DNA of 64,000 bases from an uncultured Acidobacteriota bacterium (lineage in GTDB: Bacteria > Acidobacteriota > Terriglobia > Acidiferrales > UBA7541), in the NCBI GenBank assembly GCA_963766985.1, contig CAVYCJ010000001.1:45634-109633 (forward strand), read 5' to 3'. The position numbers were made by a program, and so were the translations under genes. This document shows positions 9,805 through 19,979 of the stretch, one piece after another. Below the pieces are notes generated by a model. It was not told the DNA's origin. It made no database searches and saw nothing but the letters and a program-made list of their open reading frames with translations. Within the stretch, counting starts at the first letter, position 1. The number at the start of each line of letters is the position of its first letter.

Positions 9805-11020
9805 ATGAAACGGATCACACAAATCGCGCTCGCTCTATTTCCTCGCCGGATGCAGCCACGCTCCGATGGCATATCATCTCCAACGCCAAGGCCTCGACCC
9901 TGTTCTGTTTCCTCCCACAAAACTGAAAGAAAAAACGACCGCCTCCGAAATCCAGGTCAATCTAAAAAAAGCCCGCGCTCAATCGGCTTCCGTCGCCGGT
10001 TGCGATATCGATAGCGACGTCCTCTCGCTGCATTGGCAGGGAACCACCGCCGCGGTCGCTCTTCACACCCAGTCGTTTTACACACCGACCGCCGATCAAT
10101 CCTCAAACGAGACAGGCCGCGGCCTCTACATCGATCCGCTAGTCTCGATGGAAAAGTTCCACGCCGAACTACTCGACCGCCAGACCAAGGGCTGCCTCAA
10201 ACCCGACGAAAACACGCGTCTGCGTCGCGCCATCGTCGAAAATCTTCCGCTTCCGCCCGCGATCGCCTACTTTTTTGAATTAGGAAGCTATGACGTGACG
10301 GGCTACTTCGATCTGACGCCCGATTTTCGAATGCTGACGACCAGCCCAATCTATCGTCCGGACTCGGAGCAGACACCCGACAACCTCATAGGCTACGAAA
10401 CCGCTCACTACGTTCTTATTCAAGATCCAAAACCCAACGCGACGGAGGCCGCGGTGCCCGTCAGCGGATTCGCGCCTTCAGACGACTCGAACAACGATCG
10501 CATCCGTTTGTCTTTGTCGAGGGCAACGGAAGTTATCAACGGCGAGCCCGCTATCGAAAAGAAAACGCTGCGCAACGACCTTCATTTCCCACAGTCGCCC
10601 GGCTACTTTCGTCTGCTCTTCATGGCCGACGACAATGCCGCCACCGTCAAAATCACGCGCGCGATCATGCTCTCCGCTCCCGATCAAACGCGCCTCGCTC
10701 AAGCCGTCGCCTCCCGTCAGGACAGCGCCGAAAATTTCTGCGCGACACTCGCGGTGCCCGGCGTTTCTTGCATCGTTTTCCCCAGAAATTTCGGCGTAAG
10801 CCCCGAGCTGCGCGTCCGCGCGAACGGTCAAGACTTCTACATTCGAGTGGGCGGCTTCCTCCAAGAAGTCCTCGACCTGAAGCATCGCGACGATCCCCCT
10901 CCCAAATCGCTGAAGGTGCGACGCCCATTCCGCGGCCGCCTCGTCCCGGTGAAATTCGACCCGAACAGTCGCGACATTCTGACGTTGGTACTTTTGCCTG
11001 GAGACGAAATCACTTGGTAG
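9805..11020 (+). pseudogene. Uncharacterised lipoprotein whose signal peptide is separated from the body by a 1-nt frame break
   Basis: ATG 9805 reads MKRITQIALALF in one frame. The next frame reads ..FLAGCSHAPMAYHLQRQG into ORF 9866..11020. Skipping 1 nt near 9838..9842 gives MKRITQIALALFLAGCSHAP, a canonical lipobox (L-A-G-C). I do not recognise the body. The C-terminal ~70 aa (LRVRANGQDFYIRVGG...LVLLPGDEITW) looks beta-grasp/SLBB-like. Confidence 0.5.
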
Positions 11021-11065
11021 GAATTCGACCGTCTGCCGCCAGCTATCCGCGCGTGACCGCGCTCT

Positions 11066-13687
11066 TCACTCGTAACGCAACGCCACCATTGCATCGACTC
11101 GCGTCGCCCGGCGCGCCGGCAAATAACAAGCCAGCAGCGCTGCCACCATCAGCACCAGCGCGACTCCACCCACCGCCAACGGATCGATCGCGCTAACCTC
11201 AAACAATACGGACTTCATCGTCTGCCCGATGAAATACGTCCCGCTCAGTCCGATCACCAGACCGAAGCCCGCGAGCATCATTCCTTCGCGCAACACCATT
11301 CCAAGCACATCTCTCGCGTTCGCCCCCAGCGCCATCCGCACCCCAATTTCTTGCGTTCGCTGCGCAACCGCGAACGACATCACGCCGTAAATCCCGATGG
11401 CAGCCAGCACCAGCGCCACACCCGCGAATCCCGCAAACAGAGAGGTGATGAATCGATCGCTTGCAAGCGATTCGTCGACCACTTGATCCATCGTTCGAAC
11501 CTGATCCATCGCCATGTCGGGATCCATCGACCGCAGCACCGTCGCGATGCTATTGGTCATCGCGGAAGGATCGCTGTTCGTTCGCACGCTGACTTTCATG
11601 AAAATCAGAGGATCCTGCCAGAAAGGGACGTCGATTTCTGGCCTGATCTCTTCGCGGACACCACGGTTTATGACGTCGCGATACACGCCGACGATCTGCC
11701 ACTCCACAGGCGGTCCCATCAATGCTTGCTCGGGCCGCCGCACAATAACGCGCTGTTGCAGCGGGTCCGTTCCGGCCAGAAACATCTTCACAAACGTCTC
11801 GTTCACCATCGCAACGGGTAGAGTGCCCGCGGCGTCCTGCTCGGTGAAGCCGCGCCCCCGCGTAATCTGCATTCCGAACGTCCGAAAATAATCCGGTGTG
11901 ACGAGATTAAATCCCGATCCGGGCTGTGCCGAGGGATCGACGGGAGGTTGTCCCGCGATGCTGAACGCCATGCCCATCCCCGTCCATGTAATTGGCGTAC
12001 TGCTGGAAGCGGCCGCAGACGTTATTCCTGGCAGCGCGGAAATTTTCTCGAGTAAGGGCCGGTAAAACGCGGTGATCTGCTGCTCGCTCTTGAAGCGATC
12101 GAAGCTCACCGGCAACGTGAACGTCAAAATGTGATCCCGACGAAATCCCAAATCAACGCGCGTCAACTTCCAGAAACTGTGAATCACGAGGCCCGCGCCC
12201 GCGAGCAACGCCAGCGCCAGCGCAAACTCTGCGACCACCAGCACTCGTCGCAGTCCGTTGCGCCCGCCGCCGGAGCCCGATCGTCCACCCTCTTTCAGCG
12301 TTTCGCTGAGGCTCCAGCGCGAAACTTGCAACGCCGGCGCGCATCCGCATAGGACGCCGGCCAATATCGTGGCCGTAATGCTGAAGAGCAGCACGGGAAG
12401 GTTCAGCGAGATATCGCTCTCGGTCGGCACCGAGAATTGCGGCAGGAGAACGACAACCAGCTTCAGCAACATTCCCGCCAGCGCGATCCCGAGCGCGCCA
12501 CCGATCGCCGCGAGCACAAGGCCCTCCGATAGAAATTGCGAAAATAATTGACCTCGCGTCGCGCCAAGCGAAGCCCGCAGCGCAGCCTCCTTCCTCCGCA
12601 CCGTTCCGCGAGCCAGCAGCAAATTCGCCACGTTCACGCAAGCGATCAGCAGCACAAATGCCACTGCCGCCATCAGCAGCCACAAACTCTTGATCGTGTC
12701 GCGACTCGTGAAGTCATTCTTCAACGGTTCGATGATTACGCCCCAACCCTTGTTCGACTTCGGATATGCCTCCGCGATATTTCGCGCGACGCGATCCATG
12801 TCGGCACTCGCCTGCGCGATCGTGACGTCCGGCTTCAGCCGCCCCATCACGAACATCCAGTGCCGTTCGTGCGTGATCTGGTCGGGCCGCAGCGCCATCG
12901 GTACGAACACATGTGCCTCATATCGATCCGGCATTCCCGCGGCGAGCACGCCCACCACGGTGTATGGCGTTCCATCCATGCGCACTTGTCGTCCCAGAAT
13001 GTTTGGATCGCTGCCGAACCGTTCGCGCCACAAACGATTCGTCATGACTAAGACGTGCTCCTTGCCTTGTTCTCCTTCCTCCGACAAGAAATCGCGCCCA
13101 AGTGAAAAGGGAATCCCTTGCATCGCAAAAAATCCCGGGATCATGACGCGCGCCTGCTCCGCTTGCGGACGCCCATCGACCGACAAATTGAATGTCCACT
13201 CATCCCACGCGACTAAATTCTGAAAGACCGTGTTCTGCTGCTTCCAGTCCAGAAAATCCCCAGGCGATACGACATTTCTCCCGTCGTCGTCCGACCACAC
13301 CATCACCAATTGCTCCGGGTGCGGCATCGGCAATGGCGCAAGCAGGGCACCATAAACGACGCTGAAAATCGCGGTGTTCGCGCCGATTCCGAGCGCCAGC
13401 GTCAGAATCGCAACCGCCGCGAATCCAGGATTCTTCCGCAAGATGCGAAACCCAAACTTCACGTCGGTCCAAACCCGCTCGACCGAACTCCATCTCCAAA
13501 CATCTCGTCCGTCGCGCTCGGTCAACGAAAAATTTCCAAACTCCCGCCGCGCCTGATGCTCAGCTTCCCTCCGCTCCATCCCCCGGCCCACCAATTCCGC
13601 GACGCGCTCTTCCAAATGCCCGCGCATCTCTTCCGATAACTCCGCAAACTCACGCTTCCGCCGAAACATCCGCAGCCAAAATCCCAT
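11066..13687 (-). CDS. ADOP-family MacB-like ABC permease (duplicated FtsX domains, no ATPase)
   Basis: The start at ATG 13687 gives the typical permease prefix MGFWLRMFRRKREFAELSEEMRGHLEERVAELVGRGMERREAEHQARREFGN. Two 4-TM FtsX halves follow, each with a large periplasmic loop. The upstream part of the 945-aa ORF is not protein-like. Confidence 0.85.
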   Translation of the reverse strand: MGFWLRMFRRKREFAELSEEMRGHLEERVAELVGRGMERREAEHQARREFGNFSLTERDGRDVWRWSSVERVWTDVKFGFRILRKNPGFAAVAILTLALGIGANTAIFSVVYGALLAPLPMPHPEQLVMVWSDDDGRNVVSPGDFLDWKQQNTVFQNLVAWDEWTFNLSVDGRPQAEQARVMIPGFFAMQGIPFSLGRDFLSEEGEQGKEHVLVMTNRLWRERFGSDPNILGRQVRMDGTPYTVVGVLAAGMPDRYEAHVFVPMALRPDQITHERHWMFVMGRLKPDVTIAQASADMDRVARNIAEAYPKSNKGWGVIIEPLKNDFTSRDTIKSLWLLMAAVAFVLLIACVNVANLLLARGTVRRKEAALRASLGATRGQLFSQFLSEGLVLAAIGGALGIALAGMLLKLVVVLLPQFSVPTESDISLNLPVLLFSITATILAGVLCGCAPALQVSRWSLSETLKEGGRSGSGGGRNGLRRVLVVAEFALALALLAGAGLVIHSFWKLTRVDLGFRRDHILTFTLPVSFDRFKSEQQITAFYRPLLEKISALPGITSAAASSSTPITWTGMGMAFSIAGQPPVDPSAQPGSGFNLVTPDYFRTFGMQITRGRGFTEQDAAGTLPVAMVNETFVKMFLAGTDPLQQRVIVRRPEQALMGPPVEWQIVGVYRDVINRGVREEIRPEIDVPFWQDPLIFMKVSVRTNSDPSAMTNSIATVLRSMDPDMAMDQVRTMDQVVDESLASDRFITSLFAGFAGVALVLAAIGIYGVMSFAVAQRTQEIGVRMALGANARDVLGMVLREGMMLAGFGLVIGLSGTYFIGQTMKSVLFEVSAIDPLAVGGVALVLMVAALLACYLPARRATRVDAMVALRYE

Positions 13688-13746
13688 GCCGATCACTCCA
13701 GATAACGCGGCCTTCGCTTTCAAACTGTCGACTGTGAACTCTCTTC

Positions 13747-16443
13747 TCACTCGTACCGCAGCGCCACCATGGGATCGACCTGCGTCGCCCGCCGCGCCGG
13801 AATCCAGCACGCGACTAGCGCCACCGCAAACAACAGCAGCGCAACCAACGCGAACGTCAACGGATCGTGCGCGCTCACGCCAAACAGTAAGCTGCTCATC
13901 CACCGCGTCAGCCCGAGCGCGATGAACAGCCCAATTGCCACCCCGATCAGCGCCATCCGTGCCCCGGACCTTAGCACCATCCCCAGCACATTCTCCCGCT
14001 GCGCCCCCAGCGCCAGCCGGATTCCAATCTCGCGTTTTCGCTGTGACACGGTGTAAGACAGCACGCCATAAATTCCAATCACTCCCAACGCGATCGACAT
14101 CGCTCCCGCAATCCCCAACATCACCAGTGTGAACGATGTCCTCGCAACCGACTTGTCATATACGTCCTGCATCGTCTGCACCGACGCCACCGGCAAATTC
14201 GCATTCACCGACCACACCGCTTGCCGAATTTCATCGACAAATCCCTGGCTGCCCGCCCGCTCACTCCGCACGACAAACGTCGCGTTCCGCATCACCTGCA
14301 CTTCTTTACTCCCATAAAGCCCGACTCCCATCGTCGGCCAGTAAACCGTCTCCGGCGGCGCCGCTTGCACTCCGTTTTCCCGAACATCTTCCACCACGCC
14401 AATCACTTCGCTCCACGGCGCGGACCCAAATTCATGCACGCGTTTACCGACTGCTGCTTGCGCCGATCCCCAATATTCACGAGCCAACCCATCCGAAACC
14501 ATCACCACCGGTCGCGATCCGTACAGTTCAGCCCAGCTGTAATCTCGCCCCGCCATCAATCGCGTGCCCGCTGTCGCAAAAAATCCCGGAGCTACAAACT
14601 TATACAGCCGCATCGGCGGAATCTCATCCTCCGGGTAATTTTTCCCCTCCGCCATCAGCTCGTCCCACCCTGCTTCGTATCCTTCCAGCGGCATGTCGCT
14701 TCCATACGCCGCCGACTTCACTCCCTGAATCGTCGCCAGCTTGTCTTGGATCGCTTGCTGCAACCGCGTCACCTGTTCCGGCGTCGCAACCAGCGAATCG
14801 GGAATCGCGATCCGCATCAACTGCAGCGTCTTCGCATCCGTGAATCCCGGCTGCACATGTCGCATCGCATCAAACGTTCGAATCATCAACCCCGCGCAAA
14901 CCAGCAGCACCAGTGCCATAGCCACTTGCCCAACAACGAGAAAATTCCGTGCGCGATGTCGTTCCCGGCTCGCGCTCGTCGTTCTCCCCGCCACTGCGCG
15001 AGACAACGCTGGCCCGCGTGACGTTCCGTATTTCAGCGCTGGGACCAGTCCAAACAAAAGCCCTGCCACCACCGACAAAAATAGCCCGAACACCAGCGTT
15101 CGCCAGTCCACCGCAATCTCTTGCAGCCGCGGCAGATTCGCTGGCCCAATCGCCATCAAAAATTTCACGCCAGCATAGGCAATCCCCATCCCCACCAGGC
15201 CGCCCATGAGCCCTAGCATTACGCTCTCAACCAGCAGCGCCCGCACAATCCGCACCGAGCCTGCACCCAGCGCCGCACGCACAGCCATTTCTTGCTGCCG
15301 CGATTCACCTCGCACCAAAAACAAATTCGTCACGTTCGCGCACGCAATCAGCATTACTAGCGCAATCGTCCCCATCACCACCCAAAGCGTGTCGCTCACA
15401 TTTCCGATCACTTCGTCCTTCAACGGCCGAAGCGCCGGCGTGATCTTCCACGACTCATAGATGTGCGGATTCGTGCCCGGCCCGTTCGTGAACGTATCCA
15501 TCCAGATCGGTAGCATTCGCGTCAGGTCCGCGTTCGCCTGCGCGATCGTCACCCCCGGCTTAAGCCGCGCAATCCCGTTGTATCCAAATCCGGCCAGAAT
15601 GGCCTTCCCGCGATCCTCTGAAACGGGTACCAGAACATCGAAATCCTTATCCACGACTCGAAATCCCCGCGGCATCACTCCCACGATTTCCTTTGGCCGC
15701 GAATCCAACGAAAGATTTCTTCCCACCACCGTGGGGTCGCCGCCGAACTTCCGCTGCCAATAGCCGTAGTTCAACATCACGCGCTCCGGCCCATTCGGTA
15801 CTTGGTCCTCATGTGAAAGCCATCGACCTACCTCCGGCGCCACATTCAACGCCTCCAACACACCATCTGAGACGCCAATCGTCTTCACCTGCTCGGGCTC
15901 GCCCACACCCGTGACATTCGCGCTACCCGGCGACCACACTCCCATCGCCTGAAACGATCGATTCTGTTCTGAATAGATGAAATACATCGACGCCGACAGC
16001 CGCAGTCCATCGACAAACGTCGTTAGCCCGCCGGCACCCGGTGCGTTCTGTCGCAACGCCACCAACTCCTGCGAATTCGGATACCGGAGCGGCCGCAACA
16101 TCACCGCATCCACCACGCTGAACACCGCCGCGTTCGCGCCAATCCCAATCGCGATCGTCAGCAGCGCCACCACCGTAAATCCCAGATTCTTCCGCAGGCC
16201 GCGCAGCCCATACCGCACATCCGCCAATAAGTCCTCGAACAATTCCCACCTCCACGCTGCCCGCCCGTCTTCCTCGATCAATCCCAAATTCCCAAACTCG
16301 CGCCGCGCCGCCTGCTCTGCCTCCTTGCGCGACATCCCCTCTGCCACCAACTCTTCGACCTTTTCATCGAGATGTGCCCGCATGTCTTCCGACAACTCCG
16401 AATAAATCTCCCGCCGCCCAAAGACCCTCTGCCAAATTCCCAT
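13747..16443 (-). CDS. ADOP-family MacB-like ABC permease (paralogue)
   Basis: The start at ATG 16443 gives MGIWQRVFGRREIYSELSEDMRAHLDEKVEELVAEGMSRKEAEQAARREFGN. Architecture matches the neighbouring gene. Confidence 0.85.
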   Translation of the reverse strand: MGIWQRVFGRREIYSELSEDMRAHLDEKVEELVAEGMSRKEAEQAARREFGNLGLIEEDGRAAWRWELFEDLLADVRYGLRGLRKNLGFTVVALLTIAIGIGANAAVFSVVDAVMLRPLRYPNSQELVALRQNAPGAGGLTTFVDGLRLSASMYFIYSEQNRSFQAMGVWSPGSANVTGVGEPEQVKTIGVSDGVLEALNVAPEVGRWLSHEDQVPNGPERVMLNYGYWQRKFGGDPTVVGRNLSLDSRPKEIVGVMPRGFRVVDKDFDVLVPVSEDRGKAILAGFGYNGIARLKPGVTIAQANADLTRMLPIWMDTFTNGPGTNPHIYESWKITPALRPLKDEVIGNVSDTLWVVMGTIALVMLIACANVTNLFLVRGESRQQEMAVRAALGAGSVRIVRALLVESVMLGLMGGLVGMGIAYAGVKFLMAIGPANLPRLQEIAVDWRTLVFGLFLSVVAGLLFGLVPALKYGTSRGPALSRAVAGRTTSASRERHRARNFLVVGQVAMALVLLVCAGLMIRTFDAMRHVQPGFTDAKTLQLMRIAIPDSLVATPEQVTRLQQAIQDKLATIQGVKSAAYGSDMPLEGYEAGWDELMAEGKNYPEDEIPPMRLYKFVAPGFFATAGTRLMAGRDYSWAELYGSRPVVMVSDGLAREYWGSAQAAVGKRVHEFGSAPWSEVIGVVEDVRENGVQAAPPETVYWPTMGVGLYGSKEVQVMRNATFVVRSERAGSQGFVDEIRQAVWSVNANLPVASVQTMQDVYDKSVARTSFTLVMLGIAGAMSIALGVIGIYGVLSYTVSQRKREIGIRLALGAQRENVLGMVLRSGARMALIGVAIGLFIALGLTRWMSSLLFGVSAHDPLTFALVALLLFAVALVACWIPARRATQVDPMVALRYE

Positions 16444-16494
16444 TTGCGTCCTCACGTCATCCGAACGTTCTACTGCCATCCCAGCCCTTGCGGT

Positions 16495-16520
16495 GTCATC
16501 CTGAGCGAAGCGAAGGATCT
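16495..16520 (+). repeat. Family-1 intergenic repeat, short form (GTCATCCTGAGCGAAGCGAAGGATCT)
   Basis: Read directly. It lies between the PadR gene and the first ADOP gene and produces the spurious CHPERSEGS peptide in ORF 16374..17180. Confidence 0.85.
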
Positions 16521-16649
16521 AGGAAGTCAGCATCACCACGACGTCTCTTAGGGCGGGCTTGCTCCTCCCGCCGTTCACGCGTTCGAGAGATGTCGCGACC
16601 TCCGCCCTTTAGTGCCCGTCGCCCTCTTTCGACTATCAACCCTCGACTG

Positions 16650-16997
16650 TTAACTGCCTGTTTCCCCCGGCGCCAGCACCCGCGTGATCCCCTCCAACAT
16701 CGTTTCAAACTTGGACACTTCATGCTCCAGGTGCTTCACTCCCGCCGGTGTGAGCCGGTAAATCCTCACCCGCCGCCCCGTCGCCGAGGTCCCCCACTCC
16801 GCCTTCACCAACTCTTCTTTCAACAACCTCTGCAGCGCCGGATACAGCGACCCCTCTTCGATCTGCAGCAGATCGTTCGAGGTCCTCTTGATGTGCTGTG
16901 CCAACGCATACCCGTGCAATGGCTGCCTCTTCAGCGTCCGCAGCACCATCATCTCCAGTGCTCCCGGAAACAAATCCCGCGCCTTATCCTTATCCAT
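16650..16997 (-). CDS. PadR family transcriptional regulator
   Basis: From ATG 16997: MDKDKARDLFPGALEMMVLRTLKRQPLHGYALAQHIKRTSNDLLQIEEGSLYPALQRLLKEELV, a PadR winged-helix signature. Confidence 0.85.
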   Translation of the reverse strand: MDKDKARDLFPGALEMMVLRTLKRQPLHGYALAQHIKRTSNDLLQIEEGSLYPALQRLLKEELVKAEWGTSATGRRVRIYRLTPAGVKHLEHEVSKFETMLEGITRVLAPGETGS

Positions 16998-17270
16998 AGA
17001 CCATCGCCCTCGCTCATAGGGTGGGGCACGGCACGCCGTGCCCTCTGCAAGATCGCGCAACCACCAGTCGCCCGACCCCGGTTTTCTCTATACCTAGAGC
17101 AAAATAGTCTCAGGCGCTATGCCTGTCAATCTCTATCTACGTGTACACTCGCCCACAAGTTCCCCCGTCCAATGAAATAAGGACCATCATCTATAAGGAC
17201 CAAGGTCGGCAACCCGCTCCGCCTCCGGCGCTTCCAACTGGGAACTTTTTGCACTCTGCGCCGGAAATAT

Positions 17271-17927
17271 ATGACAGCAGAACGATTTGGGCCGCCTGGC
17301 CAGGGAACAGTCGCACCGGGAGACAAGCGCATTTCTGAAGAAATCAGGGACGACGTTCTCTTACGCCGTGCTGCGAAAGGGGATGAAGACGCTTTCACCA
17401 CCCTCTATCGCCGCCATCAGGCAGCTCTCTACCGTTTTGCCATGCGCATGACAGGCAACGCATGGGCTTCCGAAGAGATCGTGCAAGACGTTTTCATGAC
17501 CCTCATGCGTGAACCGAAGAAATACGACTCAGAGCGCGGAGCGCTCGCCGCGTATCTCTACGGCATCGCTCGCAATCGCGTCATGAAACATCTCGAACGC
17601 CTCCCGCGTGAACTTCAGCTCGACGAGGAGAGCGAAACGGGAGCGCGCGCCATGGCCGGCCTGACCACCGTCGTCACTCCGATGCACTGGGCCGAACGCC
17701 AGGAGCGCATGGAGCAGGTTCGCGCCGCTGTGCTGGAGCTGCCCTCGGAATTTCGCGAAGCCGTCGTGCTTTGCGAGTTGGAAGAGCTGAGCTACGAGGA
17801 AGCCTCGCAGCGCATCGGATGCCCGATCGGAACGATTCGCTCGCGCCTCCATCGTGGCCGCGCATTGTTGCTCGCCAAGCTCGAGATTTTGCGCGATGTG
17901 CCGCGCCGTTTCAGCGCAGCCCGCTGA
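17271..17927 (+). CDS. ECF-type RNA polymerase sigma factor
   Basis: Region 2 (FTTLYRRHQAALYRFAMRMTGNAWASEEIVQDVF) and region 4 (LPSEFREAVVLCELEELSYEEASQRIGCPIGTIRSRLHRGRALL). Confidence 0.85.
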   Translation: MTAERFGPPGQGTVAPGDKRISEEIRDDVLLRRAAKGDEDAFTTLYRRHQAALYRFAMRMTGNAWASEEIVQDVFMTLMREPKKYDSERGALAAYLYGIARNRVMKHLERLPRELQLDEESETGARAMAGLTTVVTPMHWAERQERMEQVRAAVLELPSEFREAVVLCELEELSYEEASQRIGCPIGTIRSRLHRGRALLLAKLEILRDVPRRFSAAR

Positions 17928-18003
17928 GAGAAACTTTTTCGTCCGTAGTCGGGAAGGGTAGCTGGAAGTCAGAAGGCCCAGCAGCGAGAAGGGAAGTAGC
18001 AAC

Positions 18004-18705
18004 ATGAACTGCGAACAATTCGAAACCGTCGGGTTGGACCTCGATCGCGAATCCGCGACTGGCGTAGACGCCATCGAGCGCGCCGCTGCAATCGATCACG
18101 CCAATAGCTGTGCCCGCTGCGCCGCGTTGCAGGAATCCTGGCGCGACGCTCAGATCGAGCTGCAAGCTCTGCGTGAGGAAACCGCCGACCTCGGCGCTCC
18201 TCTGCGCGTCGAAATGCGCCTTCGTCAGGAATTCTTTGCCCGCAATCGCGCGCTGAAAGTTCGGCGCTTCGCGCTCGCTTCCGCCTGGGTCCTCGCCTCC
18301 GCGGCATTGCTGCTGGTCGGTATGAGCTGGTGGAACTGGCACATCTCCAGCGAAAACATCATCCTTCAAGGCGCGACGTCGGGTAAGAACGACGCAAATG
18401 TTTCCGCCTCCGCAAATCCCGGCGCAACTACCAATCCCAGCGTGATCGACAACTATCCGACCGAGCCCGCCAACGAAGCGACGCTCATTGCCGCAAACGA
18501 CGCTGAAGATTTCACGCTCCTGCCCGGCAGCATGGCCCAGGAAATCGGCGATGGCTCCGTCGTTCGCGTTCGCATGCAACGCGGCGCTCTCGGCGACCTC
18601 GGCTTGCCCGTGAACGAAGAGCGCGCCAACGAATGGATTCAGGTCGACTTGTTTGTAGGACAAGACGGGCAGCCGCAAGCCGTCCGCTTGCCTCAAGCGC
18701 AGTAA
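18004..18705 (+). CDS. Putative anti-sigma factor (single-pass membrane protein)
   Basis: Lies immediately downstream of the ECF sigma gene. It has an N-terminal H/C-containing segment (DHANSCARCAALQESW) and one TM span (FALASAWVLASAALLLVGMSWW). Confidence 0.6.
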   Translation: MNCEQFETVGLDLDRESATGVDAIERAAAIDHANSCARCAALQESWRDAQIELQALREETADLGAPLRVEMRLRQEFFARNRALKVRRFALASAWVLASAALLLVGMSWWNWHISSENIILQGATSGKNDANVSASANPGATTNPSVIDNYPTEPANEATLIAANDAEDFTLLPGSMAQEIGDGSVVRVRMQRGALGDLGLPVNEERANEWIQVDLFVGQDGQPQAVRLPQAQ

Positions 18706-18752
18706 AAGAAGAGTTTTCTTGAACCCTCTCGGGAGAGAAGAGGAGAAAAGAG

Positions 18753-19640
18753 ATGAATCGCAAACGTTTGGCCTGTACCGCGCTGACTGCCGTGTTGCTG
18801 CTCGGCGTTGGTACTTTGCGCGCGCAAGACGCTCCACCACCCCCGGACGTCATGATGCATGGCGGGCCTGGTGGTCCAGGCGGTCCCGGTCCGTTCGGTG
18901 ATCACGTCGAACTGATGGGCTTTGAAGGCTTGCATGGCGGCAAAGTGGTGAAGGGCGCGCCGTTTTCGGCGACCGCTTCCACCGAAACCACGCAGACGCT
19001 TCCCGACGGCACGTCGATCCACCGCACCACCACGAGCAATCTCTATCGCGACAGCCAGGGCCGCTCGCGCAGTGAAGTGACGCTCTCCGGCTTCGGTCCG
19101 CTTCAGGCCTCCGGCAAGCCGCACACGATGGTTTCGATCGCCGATCCCGTCGCCGGCAATCACTACATGCTCGATGCCGACCACAAAGTCGCGCACCAGA
19201 TGGCGATTCGCCAGCACGGCCAGCCGACCGCTGCGCAGGAGCAGGAGTTCGAGCAGAAGATGCAAGCTCGCTTGCAAAAAGAAGAAGCGTCCGGCGCCGT
19301 GAAGAAAGAATCGCTCGGGACTCAAACGATTAACGGTGTCGTAGCGGAAGGCACGCGTATCACACGCACCATCGCCGCCGGTCAGATTGGCAACGACAAG
19401 CCGATTCAGATCGTCTTCGAGCGCTGGTACTCCAACGACCTGCAAGTCGTTGTGAAGAGCACGCGCACCGATCCGCGCTTCGGTACAACGACCTACACCC
19501 TGAACAGCGTGCAGCGCACCGAACCCGCCGCTACGTTATTCACGGTCCCTTCCGACTACACCGTCCAGCAAGGCGGCCCCGGCCGTGGCGCCCGCGGCGC
19601 CATGCGCGGTGCTCCGCCAGAAGCCCCCGCCGCTCAGTAA
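18753..19640 (+). CDS. Secreted hypothetical protein with Gly-Pro rich N-terminus
   Basis: Signal peptide MNRKRLACTALTAVLLLGVGTLRAQ followed by PPPPDVMMHGGPGGPGGPGPFG. Third gene of the sigma/anti-sigma unit. No family recognised. Confidence 0.5.
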   Translation: MNRKRLACTALTAVLLLGVGTLRAQDAPPPPDVMMHGGPGGPGGPGPFGDHVELMGFEGLHGGKVVKGAPFSATASTETTQTLPDGTSIHRTTTSNLYRDSQGRSRSEVTLSGFGPLQASGKPHTMVSIADPVAGNHYMLDADHKVAHQMAIRQHGQPTAAQEQEFEQKMQARLQKEEASGAVKKESLGTQTINGVVAEGTRITRTIAAGQIGNDKPIQIVFERWYSNDLQVVVKSTRTDPRFGTTTYTLNSVQRTEPAATLFTVPSDYTVQQGGPGRGARGAMRGAPPEAPAAQ

Positions 19641-19658
19641 CGGGCGATCAACCGTGTG

Positions 19659-19686
19659 AAAGGGCGGGGCATTCGTCCCGCCCTTT
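19659..19686 (+). terminator. Hairpin terminator candidate downstream of 18753..19640
   Basis: A perfect 10-bp stem, AAAGGGCGGG (19659..19668) with CCCGCCCTTT (19677..19686), encloses an 8-nt loop. A short T/C tract follows. Confidence 0.55.
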
Positions 19687-19738
19687 CTCTTGGCCACCAG
19701 AATTGATCGATGACGATCTGCGCCCATTTAAGCCCGCT

Positions 19739-19779
19739 GTCATCCTGAGGCACCCGCAGGGGGCCGAAGGATCTCAACG
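19739..19779 (+). repeat. Family-1 intergenic repeat, long form with inner hairpin
   Basis: GTCATCCTGAGG-CACCCGCAGGGGG-CCGAAGGATCTCAACG, read directly. Confidence 0.85.
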
Positions 19780-19979
19780 CCTGCACGAACACCGATCTAT
19801 CCGGCGCGCCAAATCCTAAAATTCCCGGGAACCATTTCCACGTCCCCAGGGAAATATCCTTCGAACGACAGCGCAACCCATCGCGCCCCGACACAACGAT
19901 CTTCTCTCCTGAAGACGGCACGCCCTTTCTGCGACGTCCCCCAACGACGCAGGAAGGGCGAAGTCGTTTTTACTCCGCA

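Noticed and set aside
16374-17180. ORFs containing CHPERSEGS-type peptides (also 20253..20564 and 43714..44115).
   Set aside because: The shared peptide is simply the translation of the family-1 DNA repeat. The ORFs otherwise overlap real genes or intergenic DNA.
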